Assembly: GCA_963847575.1 (NCBI GenBank) | Contig: CAWKAL010000045.1 | Span: forward strand, 14,942-78,941 | Reading direction: 5' to 3' | Length of the DNA: 64,000 nt | DNA from: an uncultured Gammaproteobacteria bacterium | Lineage (GTDB): Bacteria; Pseudomonadota; Gammaproteobacteria; SZUA-229 | Shown here: positions 1-9,319 of the stretch, piece after piece | Position numbering within the stretch: position 1 is the first letter of the stretch | Layout of the letters: every line of letters starts with the position of its first letter | Translations under genes and position numbers: made by a program | Notes under the pieces: generated by a model | What the model saw: the letters and a program-made list of their open reading frames with translations, nothing else | Told to the model about the DNA's origin: nothing | Database searches by the model: none

Positions 1-709
1 CACCACGCGCTGATTGGCGCCGCCGTGCAACGGACCAGCCAGGGTGCCGATGGCCGCGGCAATCACAAGGAAGGGCGACGCCAGGGTCGAACCGCACACC
101 ATGGCCGCAAAGGTTGAGGCATTGATGGTGTGTTCGGCGTGCAATACCAGGCAGGCATCTATGATGCGTGCTTCGAACGGATCTGGATCACGGCCATGCA
201 GCATATAGAGAAAATTTTCTGCATGCGTCAGGTCATGACGTGGTTCGACGGGTTCATAACCGTTACGCACGTGTTGCCACATCGCGACAATAGTAGCCAT
301 GCGCGAAATGATTTTCACTGACATGTTGTGGATGAAAAAGTCATCCTCCTGCTGATAACCATCCGCAAGACCATTCTCGCCGCCATAGAACATGCCAAGA
401 CTGGCGACTGCAGTCTGCAGCATTTCCATCGGATGCCCGGTGGCGGGCAGGTTTTTCATGATTTCGCGAACGTTGAATTTTACCCGGCGTTCACCGCGAA
501 GTTGCTGGTCAAATTCGTCGAGTTCTTCGCGGGTAGGCAATTTGCCATCGAGCAACAGCAGCGCGGTTTCTTCGAAGGTACTTTTATCAGCCAGCTCGCG
601 GATATCATAACCACGATAGGCGAGGATTCCTTTCTCGCCATCAATATCCGAAATATTCGATTTGGTTGCTGGTACACCCGCAAGGCCGGGCAAATATTCG
701 CTAGTCATA
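1..709 (-). CDS. citrate synthase / 2-methylcitrate synthase family protein; N-terminal part only, the 3' end runs off the window
   Basis: Minus-strand ATG at 709 with no stop before position 1. Translation MTSEYLPG...EKGILAYRGYDIRELA...GPLHGGANQ carries the citrate synthase GPLHGGAN signature. Confidence 0.85.
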
Positions 710-778
710 AATATTTCCTAAGCTAATACTGGCGCTTAGCTTAACAAACTCGAAGCAGGAAATGTCCATGCCTCGGCA

Positions 779-812
779 ATCAAAAAAGGACGCCAATGCG
801 CCCTTTTGTGTA
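779..812 (-). terminator. possible intrinsic terminator downstream of erpA (imperfect GC stem flanked by A/T runs)
   Basis: aaaaaaggacgccaatgcgccctttt: stem ggacgc/gcgccc with one mismatch, T-run on both strands. Confidence 0.35.
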
Positions 813-829
813 CAAATGTTTATCTTAAA

Positions 830-1207
830 TCAGATCGAAAATGACGAGCCACAGCCACAGGTTGATTTGGCATTCGGGTTGTTAATCACAAAACGCGAAC
901 CTTCGAGGCCTTCCAGGTAATCCACTTCGGAATTCGCCAGGTACTGCATGCTCATGGCATCCACCAGCATGACGACACCGTTTTTTTCAATCTGTGAATC
1001 ATCCTGTTTTACGTTTTCATCGAATTCGAAACCGTACTGGAAACCGGAACAACCGCCGCCATTAACGTAAACCCGTAACTTGAGGTCTGGATTATTTTCT
1101 TCTTCGACAAGCTGTTTGACACGCGCGGCCGCTGCATCGGAGAACTTTACCGTCGCATTTTCCGGCACCTTGGGTTTCATGGGTGCTAGCGATACCTGAA
1201 TATTCAT
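830..1207 (-). CDS. erpA: iron-sulfur cluster insertion protein ErpA (HesB/IscA A-type carrier)
   Basis: 125 aa; C-terminal CGCGSSF motif plus a conserved internal Cys, typical A-type carrier; erpA-argC-hemJ neighbourhood as in Pseudomonas. Confidence 0.9.
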   Translation of the reverse strand: MNIQVSLAPMKPKVPENATVKFSDAAAARVKQLVEEENNPDLKLRVYVNGGGCSGFQYGFEFDENVKQDDSQIEKNGVVMLVDAMSMQYLANSEVDYLEGLEGSRFVINNPNAKSTCGCGSSFSI

Positions 1208-1286
1208 GCCTGTGTCGAACCTCGCAATAAAACATTAGCCAAATTACATTAGATGCGGCTAATGTAGCATTACCTGACTATTTTAG

Positions 1287-1729
1287 TCAACTTTGTGCCG
1301 TGGTTGCCGCATCCATGATATGGATATTGGTCTCATCCTTTTTTGAGTGGTGCTCCAGCAGCTTTTTCTCGCGTTTGTCATGCAGCATTTTGCCGTTGAC
1401 TTCAGCACCACTGGCCATCTCGAGCAGATTGTAATGGACATCACCTACTGATGCGGGCTTTACCTGAAAGTTCAAGCTTTTCAGAGGCATAGACATTGCC
1501 CTTCACCGTGCCATTGATCACTGCATACGATACACTCACATCGCCTTCGATACAGCCGCGCTCGCTCACCACCAGTACAGATTGTTCATTGTCTTCGGCC
1601 GATACACTACCAATGATTTTGCCGTCAAGGTGCAAACCACCGCTGAATTTCACATCACCGCTAATTTCAATGCTGTTTCCAATCAGGGTGTCGATCTTGG
1701 ACTGATTTAATCTTGTTGTTGCCCCACAT
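1287..1729 (-). CDS. bactofilin family polymer-forming protein, interrupted by two apparent 1-nt frame disruptions
   Basis: Three overlapping minus-strand frames read MWGNNKIKSVQ.. / ..KIDTLIGNSIEISGDVKFSGGLHLDGKIIG...GKARIS / ..VGDVHYNLLEMASGAEVNGKMLHD. Together they give a typical bactofilin beta-helix repeat protein. Frame changes near 1693-1704 and 1441-1450. Confidence 0.6.
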
Positions 1730-1730
1730 A

Positions 1731-2471
1731 TCAGTTACCTCCCGATGTCAGGTCGACCCAGCTGTATTGCTCATCGAGTTTGTCGATAGTTTTATTGCTG
1801 GGCGTTACCACTACCCGTAAATTTTCGGGTGTGAAAGTTGTTGGCAGGCTCATGGTACCTTCGAAATTCTGAAAATACTTGAAGCCAAACTTGGTCACTT
1901 TTTTCACATTTGGAGACACTTCACTCAAGGCGAGTGTCCTCGCTTGCCCGGCATCGACACCTTCGAGTTTGATATCGATAGTGCCGCGTGCCAGCTTGTC
2001 ATTACGTCCACGCTGACTGACCATTACCTTGTAGCGGTAATCGCCACCCTCTTCCTGTTTCAGCTGTATGGTCTGAATCGCCAGGCTGCGTTTGTCCTGC
2101 TCTGGAGACACAATGCTCTTATAGAACGCGAGTTCCTTTTTGAGCGTCAGAGACTCCTGCTGAGCCTGGTTTAATGCCTGTTTGAGCTGTTTGCTGGCAT
2201 CATCATCAATCTGGCTGGTACGTTCAATCATAGCAGTTTGATGCTGACTTTCAGCATAAAGCGCCTGTATTTCTTTGAGCTGTTTTTCCAGGTTACCAAT
2301 GGCCGAAACCGCTTCACCGCGCTCATAGCCGGCAACGCGCTGACCATATATATACGCCGACCAGATAAGCAACGCCATCAGGGCGACGATAACGGCCAGC
2401 GACAGCAACCAGAGACCCGGCCGCTGAATGGTGACCAGGATTCGTGTTGGTAACGCGCTGTGCGTCATCAC
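1731..2471 (-). CDS. membrane-anchored coiled-coil protein (DUF6776-like), function unknown
   Basis: 246 aa, one N-terminal TM helix then a long coiled coil ([12 protein letters not shown]...KKELAFYK); sits between bactofilin and argC. Confidence 0.7.
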   Translation of the reverse strand: MMTHSALPTRILVTIQRPGLWLLSLAVIVALMALLIWSAYIYGQRVAGYERGEAVSAIGNLEKQLKEIQALYAESQHQTAMIERTSQIDDDASKQLKQALNQAQQESLTLKKELAFYKSIVSPEQDKRSLAIQTIQLKQEEGGDYRYKVMVSQRGRNDKLARGTIDIKLEGVDAGQARTLALSEVSPNVKKVTKFGFKYFQNFEGTMSLPTTFTPENLRVVVTPSNKTIDKLDEQYSWVDLTSGGN

Positions 2472-3523
2472 GGCAGCATGGCAGGCTGCTCCAGCCCGCT
2501 GGTTTCGGTTAATCCGAACATTATATTCATATTATGTAACGCCTGACCGGCGGCCCCCTTAACTAAATTATCAATCACTGATGAGACCACGACGGTATCG
2601 GACTGTTGCGGACGGAACACAGAAATCCGGCACATGTTCGACCCCCTCACACTTCGCGTTTCCGGCAACGCACCCTCAGGTAACACATCGACGAAAATTT
2701 CATCAGCATACCGCTTTGTATATAGCGCATGCAGGTCGATATCGCACTGTTTGAGTACCGCATAGAGCGTTGCCTCGATACCACGGATCATCGGCGTGAG
2801 ATGCGGCACGAAAGTCAGGCCCACATCGTGGCCTGCCGCAGCCCCCAGGGTCTGGCTGATTTCAGGTAAGTGGCGGTGGCCATTGACACCGTAGGGCTTG
2901 AAGTTTTCTGAACTTTCGGCGAGCAAATGCGCCACGCTCGCGCCGCGCCCGGCACCGCTGACACCCGACTTGGCATCAGCAATAAGGCGCCCGGTATCCA
3001 CCAGCGCATTCTCAACCAGGGGCAGAAAACCCAGCGTGACCGCGGTCGGGTAACAGCCCGGATTGGCCACCACGCGCGCACCGGCAATTGCAGCCCGGTT
3101 GATTTCGGGCATACCGTACACGGCCTCGGCGAGGATATCGGGGCAGGCATGCGCCATGCCGTACCAGTGCGCCCACAGCGCCGGATCGTGCAGCCGGAAA
3201 TCCGCCGCCAGGTCGATCACGCGACAGCCTTTTTCCAGCAAGGCTGGCACCATCTTCATGGCGGTGCCATTGGGGGTCGCAAAAAACACCAGGTCACACT
3301 CACCCAGCGCATCAACCTCAGGCTCGGTAAACACGACATCGGTGTGGCCACGCAGATTGGGGAACATGTCCGACACTTTCTGCCCGGCTTCGGAGCGCGA
3401 AGTGACCATGCGCAGTGTTACCGCCGGGTGCATGACCAGCAGGCGCAGAAGTTCAACGCCGGTGTAACCGGTACCGCCGACAACGCCGACTTTTATTGCT
3501 GCAGAATCAGGTTTGCTGTTCAT
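2468..3523 (-). CDS. argC: N-acetyl-gamma-glutamyl-phosphate reductase
   Basis: 351 aa; [23 protein letters not shown](P)-binding N-terminus and catalytic Cys region (ANPGCYPT) typical of ArgC. Confidence 0.95.
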   Translation of the reverse strand: MNSKPDSAAIKVGVVGGTGYTGVELLRLLVMHPAVTLRMVTSRSEAGQKVSDMFPNLRGHTDVVFTEPEVDALGECDLVFFATPNGTAMKMVPALLEKGCRVIDLAADFRLHDPALWAHWYGMAHACPDILAEAVYGMPEINRAAIAGARVVANPGCYPTAVTLGFLPLVENALVDTGRLIADAKSGVSGAGRGASVAHLLAESSENFKPYGVNGHRHLPEISQTLGAAAGHDVGLTFVPHLTPMIRGIEATLYAVLKQCDIDLHALYTKRYADEIFVDVLPEGALPETRSVRGSNMCRISVFRPQQSDTVVVSSVIDNLVKGAAGQALHNMNIMFGLTETSGLEQPAMLP

Positions 3524-3681
3524 TCAAATACTTCTTGCGGGTGATTAAGAGCGCGTTATTATTAACGCAGACAACAAATATAGCCAATTATTTGAGTACA
3601 CGCGTTGTGGTCTGGATTCACCTGCAGGCATGTTTGCAGGTTAAAATACCGCTTCCGCTGAACTGCAACAGGTAAACACAT

Positions 3682-4104
3682 ATGTTATGGATCAAGTCGT
3701 TCCACATTATTTTCATGGTGACCTGGTTTGCCGGACTGTTTTACCTGCCGCGCCTGTTCGTCTATCACGCCAGCGCCGATGACGAAGCCAGCAGGGCGCG
3801 CTTCAAAATCATGGAGCGCAAACTGTTCTGGGGCATTACCACGCCCGGCGGCATTATTACCATTGCACTCGGCTTCTGGCTGATTTTCGAAATCAGCCCG
3901 ACCCTGTTCGACACGCTGTGGCTGCAGATCAAACTGGCACTGGTTGCAATCCTGGTGGTCTATCACATCTGGTGCGGCAAGCTGCTGCTGGATTTCAAAC
4001 ATGACCGCAATACGCGGTCACATGTCTGGTTTCGCTGGTTCAACGAATTCCCGGTTATCCTGCTGATTGTTATCGTGTTGCTGGTCGAACTGCAACCGCT
4101 TTAA
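3682..4104 (+). CDS. hemJ: protoporphyrinogen IX oxidase HemJ (CopD-like membrane protein)
   Basis: 140 aa, MLWIKSFHIIFMVTWFAGLFYLPRLFVYHA matches the HemJ/UPF0093 N-terminus; 4 TM helices; divergent from argC. Confidence 0.85.
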   Translation: MLWIKSFHIIFMVTWFAGLFYLPRLFVYHASADDEASRARFKIMERKLFWGITTPGGIITIALGFWLIFEISPTLFDTLWLQIKLALVAILVVYHIWCGKLLLDFKHDRNTRSHVWFRWFNEFPVILLIVIVLLVELQPL

Positions 4105-4568
4105 CTGGCGTTCTCGAGCTGTTCTAAAGCCTGGCGGTAGACCTTGCGTTTGAAAAATACGATTTCCTTGACCGGTGTCCAGTAATCCACCCAGCGCCAG
4201 CTATCGAATTCCGGGGTCTCACTACAGCACAGGTTGAAATCGGATTCACTGCCGATCAGCTGCAGCCGGAACCAGATCTGTTTCTGGCCGATGCATAGCG
4301 GCTTGGATCGCCGGCGCAACAAATGGCTGGGTATGCGGTAGCGCAACCAGTCATCGGTCTGGCCGACGAGCTTGACATGTCCGGCTTGCAGGCCGGTCTC
4401 TTCGTGCAGTTCGCGGTACATCGCATCCAGCGGCGTTTCGTTTTGCTGGATGCCACCCTGAGGAAACTGCCAGGCATTCTGGCCGCAACGGCGCGCCCAG
4501 AAAACCTTGCCGTCATCATTGCTCAGGATGATACCGACGTTGGCACGGTATCCTTTTGAATCAATCAC
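4101..4568 (-). CDS. rppH: RNA pyrophosphohydrolase RppH (Nudix hydrolase)
   Basis: 155 aa; MIDSKGYRANVGIIL...WQFPQGGI...ETPLDAMYRELHEETGL Nudix box; RppH-like N-terminus. Confidence 0.9.
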   Translation of the reverse strand: MIDSKGYRANVGIILSNDDGKVFWARRCGQNAWQFPQGGIQQNETPLDAMYRELHEETGLQAGHVKLVGQTDDWLRYRIPSHLLRRRSKPLCIGQKQIWFRLQLIGSESDFNLCCSETPEFDSWRWVDYWTPVKEIVFFKRKVYRQALEQLENAS

Positions 4569-4744
4569 TTGTAAAAAACCATCTAGTCGGCAGGGACGCA
4601 GATAGTGCGTCGCGTAAGGCCGAGTTCATATTGTATGCATTGATATTAACAGACAACGCGAATAAGAAAAGTTCGAAACACATCACTGGAACCACGAATC
4701 CATAGCAGGTAGTATCGCGGCTTTGCCAGCCCGCCGGAGCACCC

Positions 4745-5401
4745 ATGCCACTCGCCCTGTTTGATCTCGACAACACCCTGCTCGCCGGGGACAGCGATTA
4801 CCTGTGGGGCTGTTTCCTGGTGGAAAAGGGCCTGGTCGATGGTCGACTCTACCAGCAGGCCAATGACCGCTTTTATGCCGAGTACGCCGAAGGCCGGCTG
4901 GATATTCACGAATTTCTGAATTTTGCGCTGACCCCGCTGGCGACATTCGATACCGAACTGCTCACCCGCCTGCATGAAGAATTTATGCAGGGCAGCATAC
5001 GCGACATTATGACCCGCGCCGGGCAGGAAAAAGTAGCCGAGCACAAGGCCATGGGGCACACCACGCTGATCATCACTGCCACCAACAGCTTCGTCACTGC
5101 GCCGATTGCACAGGCGTTTGCTGTCGATCACCTGATTGCCACCGAGCCGGAAATAATAAACGGCAAATACACCGGCAAAGTCGCAGGCGTACCCAGTTTT
5201 CAGCACGGCAAGATCACCCGCCTGCAGGCATGGATGCAGGCGCATAATGAGAACCTGGAAGACAGCTGGTTTTACAGCGATTCGCACAACGACCTGCCAC
5301 TGCTCGAACAGGTAAGCCACCCGGTGGCGGTCGACCCGGATAAACAGCTCGCCCGGATCGCCGGCGAACGTGGCTGGCAGATTACCAGTTTTAGAAACTA
5401 G
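4745..5401 (+). CDS. HAD-IB family hydrolase (phosphoserine-phosphatase-like)
   Basis: 218 aa; N-terminal LALFDLDNTLL (DxDxT) HAD motif I, C-terminal SDSHNDLPLL motif. Confidence 0.8.
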   Translation: MPLALFDLDNTLLAGDSDYLWGCFLVEKGLVDGRLYQQANDRFYAEYAEGRLDIHEFLNFALTPLATFDTELLTRLHEEFMQGSIRDIMTRAGQEKVAEHKAMGHTTLIITATNSFVTAPIAQAFAVDHLIATEPEIINGKYTGKVAGVPSFQHGKITRLQAWMQAHNENLEDSWFYSDSHNDLPLLEQVSHPVAVDPDKQLARIAGERGWQITSFRN

Positions 5402-6057
5402 TTCTCGACCAGGGGCGCGCGCAGACTGTTGAAGTTTTGCGGCGCAACATATTGCAATACTTCTTTGGCTTTATCGCCAAGCGCGATCACCAGGCCTTTT
5501 TCAGGATAGAGATAATGCTTAATGCCGTCGCCGGTTTCGATCAGCTCGGCCGGTTCACCAAAACGCTTGCGCACGATCTCATCATCAAGATTGACAGCAG
5601 GAATAAAAGCAATTGCGCGCAACACTGCGCGCATCGCCAGTGCCTTGTCAGTTTCATCGAGCGCATATTTTTTTGCAGTGCCGGTTTCCATGTAATCAGA
5701 TTTGATCGCACGCTGCTGCCACTGGCGTAACTGCTGCGCATCAGTTTCGGCGACCAGCACCATCTTTGCCGCCATCAGTCCCGCGCGATAATTGCCAAAA
5801 TACATCTCAAGGCTGATGCCGGATGCATTCTCGACAATCGCAAGCTTGTAATCATCACCCAGCACTGTCGCTGCCTGCTGCAGCGTGCTTTGCCCGGGCG
5901 TGACACCAAAAATTTTGCTATTGCCATCCGGCAATATTTCAATTTGCCACGGCAGCCCACTAAGTTTTGGCTTATCGGAATTATCCATGCCAATAAACGG
6001 ATACACCGCGAGCACCAGGATAATAATCAGAAATGTAGGGATAAAACGTCGCATCAA
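5398..6057 (-). CDS. hypothetical exported protein (N-terminal signal/TM segment)
   Basis: 219 aa ORF, hydrophobic N-terminus MMRRFIPTFLIIILVLAVYPFIG, no recognisable domain; 4-nt overlap with the convergent HAD gene. Confidence 0.6.
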   Translation of the reverse strand: MMRRFIPTFLIIILVLAVYPFIGMDNSDKPKLSGLPWQIEILPDGNSKIFGVTPGQSTLQQAATVLGDDYKLAIVENASGISLEMYFGNYRAGLMAAKMVLVAETDAQQLRQWQQRAIKSDYMETGTAKKYALDETDKALAMRAVLRAIAFIPAVNLDDEIVRKRFGEPAELIETGDGIKHYLYPEKGLVIALGDKAKEVLQYVAPQNFNSLRAPLVEN

Positions 6058-6094
6058 ATTATTTGAATGAACTTACTAACGGCAAAAGAGGCTG

Positions 6095-6226
6095 AGTCCG
6101 CAAATGAACGCGAATAAACGCAAATACGATTTCGTGTGTTACATGCTTTAATGGCATCTGACAGATTTCCAAAAATTTAGATCATACGTTTTTTTGAAAC
6201 AATAAATTCGCGTTTATTTGCGGACT
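6095..6226. repeat. MITE-like hairpin element, copy A (CGCAAATGAA-type arms)
   Basis: Left arm agtccgcaaatgaacgcgaataaacgcaaat (6095-6125); right arm attcgcgtttatttgcggact (6206-6226) is its reverse complement with one 10-nt unit fewer. AT-rich core. Shares an identical 28-mer with copy E. Confidence 0.75.
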
Positions 6227-6262
6227 AAAAAGCATTCGTGTTAAATACAACATCTGGGCATC

Positions 6263-6829
6263 TCAGGCCTTGGGCAGGGTGACACCACGCTGGCCCTGGT
6301 ATTTGCCGCTGCGGTCTGCGTATGATGTTTCGCAGACTTCGTCTGATTCGAAAAACAGCATTTGTGCCACGCCTTCGTTGGCATATATTTTTGCCGGCAG
6401 TGTCGTGGTGTTGGAAAACTCCAGCGTGACATGCCCTTCCCATTCAGGTTCCAGCGGTGTGACGTTGACAATGATGCCGCAGCGCGCATATGTCGATTTG
6501 CCCAGGCAAACCGTGAGCACATTGCGCGGGATACGAAAATATTCGACCGTGGACGCGAGCGCGAACGAGTTCGGCGGAATAATACACACCGGACCATGGA
6601 AGTCGACAAAGCTGTGCTCGGAAAAATCCTTCGGATCGACGACTGCTGAATTTATATTGGTGAAAATTTTAAAGTGGTCAGAACAACGCACGTCATAGCC
6701 GTAACTCGACGTGCCATAGGAAATCAGTTTTTCACCGTCAGCACCCGCGCGTACCTGGCCAGCCTCGAAGGGCTCGATCATGCCTTTTTCAGATTCACGC
6801 CGGATCCACCTGTCAGATTTAATACTCAC
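6263..6829 (-). CDS. dcd: dCTP deaminase
   Basis: 188 aa; [11 protein letters not shown]...NPIDPGYRGE-like dCTP deaminase family core, length as E. coli Dcd. Confidence 0.95.
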   Translation of the reverse strand: MSIKSDRWIRRESEKGMIEPFEAGQVRAGADGEKLISYGTSSYGYDVRCSDHFKIFTNINSAVVDPKDFSEHSFVDFHGPVCIIPPNSFALASTVEYFRIPRNVLTVCLGKSTYARCGIIVNVTPLEPEWEGHVTLEFSNTTTLPAKIYANEGVAQMLFFESDEVCETSYADRSGKYQGQRGVTLPKA

Positions 6830-6906
6830 TCAACACTCCACCTAAGCTGTTCGATACAGACCGCGCGATTCTAACACGCGATATGCAGCTTGAGAAAAAA
6901 TGCGGC

Positions 6907-8097
6907 TCAGTGCTCGCCTGTCAGCAGTGACGATAACGGCAGATTGATTTCATCGATAACGACCGGACGATAGTGCTGCTGCACCATATCTGCCGGCAGT
7001 TGTGCCGCCATCGAGGCAGGAATCAGTTCATAGACCAGCGACACGTTTAACTGCAGCGCGTCCGAGCGCGGGGGCAACTCAAACTGTTCAGTGCGGGTCT
7101 CCAGCGGCTTCAGCGCGGTATCGAGCCAGCTCGCCACAGCTTCCCGACCATTGACCTGCAACCCGGCCTTGTTCAGGTAGGTGAATTCATACTGGCGCGT
7201 GCCGGTAGTCACCACCTCGCCTTTGTCCGTGGTCAGTCTGACCGTTAAAACCAGTCTCGCCGGATGCGCGCCGCCAGTTGGAAAATTATGCCCGGTTTTA
7301 ACATTTGACACTTTGACCACGAGCCGGGTTTTATCCTGCACCGGCATAAGCTGTATTTTCGCAGCCCCGGTTAACAACTCCGATGACGCATGTCCGCCCG
7401 GAAACCGGTGCGAGCGATGCGTCGTTTTAGCCGTGCCCGCTTCAGCATCCGCTACCACTGGCATATGACAGTCAGTACACTGGGTATGCTCGGCAAACGC
7501 ACTGCTGCGCCATTCATGATAGGTATTTTCAAGCGGCATACCATTTTGCAATACATCATGATGACATCCTGCACACAGGCTTGAATTTGTCAGCGCTTCA
7601 CTGTGCCTGATTTCGTGCCCAGCGGTAATTTTATTTTCGCCTGCACCGTACATTATCTGGCGCGGGTCCATTACCAGGAAATGCTGGCCCGCACGCTCGC
7701 GCACCTGTGCGACTTTATGGCAAACCGTACAGGTAACGCCTTCGCGACTGACTGGATTTTTAAGCTCGGTATCACCCGTCAGTAATGCCACCGGCGCATG
7801 GCAACGCAAACACGATGAAGCATCCTGTGCCTGTTGAGTTGCATACTTTTGCCAGCGTGATAAATCCTGCTGAAACACCGGGTTGCTGTATGCCTTTGAC
7901 ATCCATGACTGCTTCCATTCAGCATAGATCTGCTGATGACACTGGCGACATTGCTCGGCTGATTGAAAACTTAATGTTGGTGGCTTCTGCACCTTAGCTG
8001 GCGCGGGTGATAGCGCGTCAATCGAAGCCGCGCCCAGGCTTGCGCTGCAAAAAATCATCCCTATGGAAAAAATGCGTGCGTAGAATACGGGAGTCAT
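6907..8097 (-). CDS. pentaheme c-type cytochrome (multiheme cytochrome c family), signal-peptide bearing
   Basis: 396 aa with five CxxCH motifs (CRQCH, CLRCH, CTVCH, CAGCH, CTDCH) and an N-terminal signal sequence. Confidence 0.85.
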   Translation of the reverse strand: MTPVFYARIFSIGMIFCSASLGAASIDALSPAPAKVQKPPTLSFQSAEQCRQCHQQIYAEWKQSWMSKAYSNPVFQQDLSRWQKYATQQAQDASSCLRCHAPVALLTGDTELKNPVSREGVTCTVCHKVAQVRERAGQHFLVMDPRQIMYGAGENKITAGHEIRHSEALTNSSLCAGCHHDVLQNGMPLENTYHEWRSSAFAEHTQCTDCHMPVVADAEAGTAKTTHRSHRFPGGHASSELLTGAAKIQLMPVQDKTRLVVKVSNVKTGHNFPTGGAHPARLVLTVRLTTDKGEVVTTGTRQYEFTYLNKAGLQVNGREAVASWLDTALKPLETRTEQFELPPRSDALQLNVSLVYELIPASMAAQLPADMVQQHYRPVVIDEINLPLSSLLTGEH

Positions 8098-8125
8098 GCC
8101 GGGCGTTTATCGTTTCCAGAAAAAA

Positions 8126-8165
8126 TTCGGGCGGAGCTGTTAATACAGCTCCGCCCGTTTTATTA
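8126..8165 (-). terminator. bidirectional rho-independent terminator downstream of the PEP-CTERM gene
   Basis: gggcggagctgttaatacagctccgccc, 11-bp GC-rich stem with T-runs on both strands. Confidence 0.55.
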
Positions 8166-8201
8166 TTGCCGCTATTGAAAAATCGACAGCATAAGCTTGC
8201 G

Positions 8202-9112
8202 TTAGCTGAGCATTTTACGACGCTTGCCCGACACTGCTAACAACCCGAGCACACCACTGATCATCAACCAGGCAGCGGCAGGCACCGGCACAACTGCCAT
8301 TGCAGTTGCTGGCAGTGTTATTGCATTCTGTTCGGTCAGCACCATATCAACATCGGGCACTGAACCGGGAATATCACCAAGCGTAGTCCCAATGGAAAAA
8401 TAGGTCGCTACACGCACACTGCCATTCGATGCACGGTCCATCTGGAAGGTGCCAAAGCTGAACGGGTTCTGTACACACCGACACCGGGAATGAAGGGACT
8501 GTCAACTGAACTACCAAATTCATTTCGCAAATCCCATTGCAGGACAATGCGCTCACCCACATCCCATTCAGGAAAATCAAGAATAAAACCGTCTAATGCA
8601 TTGATCCCGCTGTCGAGCGGATCGGGTAATGGCGAAGGCGCATCCGAAAAATCCAGGTCGTTATTCGGGTCCAGGTCTATTCCGTCCAGCGGCGGCTGGT
8701 CCACGGCCAGGATCGGCCCGGCATCGCTCGGCTCTGGGCCAAACTCATTCGCCGAGTATGTCATCCTGAGGAATTCACCACCATCAAAGGCTTCTGTGAC
8801 ATTCCAGCCGTTGAGTGGCACAGGCGAATTAACATCAAACGCGCCACCGGTATTGGCGCCGCCTGGCGATTGAGAAACCTGTATGTTAGAGGCCGCTTCG
8901 CCGGTCCAGTTGAGCACCTCGAACTGAATGCGCGCGCCACCGCCTGGTAATACATCGCCGCCGGTGACTTTAAAACAGAATACCGGGGGCACATTGGTTA
9001 AATCGCCCGGCGGCAGAATGATCGGGTCTGCATTGGATGCGGTGCAGCATAACGCCGATACCACAACTGCAGCGCTTAACAGCTTATTTTTCACACGATA
9101 CGTTTCAAACAT
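8202..9112 (-). CDS. PEP-CTERM-anchored secreted protein (exosortase substrate), one apparent frameshift near 8465-8475
   Basis: Signal peptide MFETYRVKNKLLSAAVVVSALCCTASNA; Asp/Pro/Gly-rich body; second frame ends ..VPVPAAAWLMISGVLGLLAVSGKRRK, i.e. PEP-CTERM motif, TM helix, basic tail. The two frames join around FIPGVGV|QNPFSFGTFQMDRASNG. Confidence 0.7.
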
Positions 9113-9255
9113 ATATCCTCCTGTCCCATAGCTAATATGCATTGTCCAACCCACCATAGCATACCCAAGTACAGCCAAGGAGTACATTGCTTATCTGACA
9201 GGCGGTACACCGTTCTGGCGATGCAACCACGGCTGAGGGCCGAGACTATGGCGGG

Positions 9256-9284
9256 CAAAAAAGCAGCCCGCAGGCTGCTTTTTA
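9256..9284 (-). terminator. rho-independent terminator after apbC/mrp
   Basis: aaaaaagcagcccgcaggctgcttttt: 7-bp stem agcagcc/ggctgct, A-run on plus strand and T-run on minus strand. Confidence 0.55.
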
Positions 9285-9319
9285 ACGCAGAGGCTCTGTG
9301 GCCCCTGTGGCAAAACAGA

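Noticed and set aside
1215-1262. 7-bp hairpin acattag..ctaatgt upstream of erpA as an IscR operator
   Set aside because: It is short, does not fit the type-1 or type-2 IscR consensus convincingly, and could equally be a promoter-region coincidence.
2815-3544. Several ORFs (111-205 aa) inside or antisense to argC
   Set aside because: Arg/Pro/Ala-rich translations typical of out-of-frame GC-rich DNA. argC is intact and conserved on the minus strand.
4648-4672. Partial match (aacgcgaataa) to the hairpin-element unit in the rppH/HAD intergenic region
   Set aside because: Only an 11-nt single unit with no inverted partner. Too short to call a degenerate copy.
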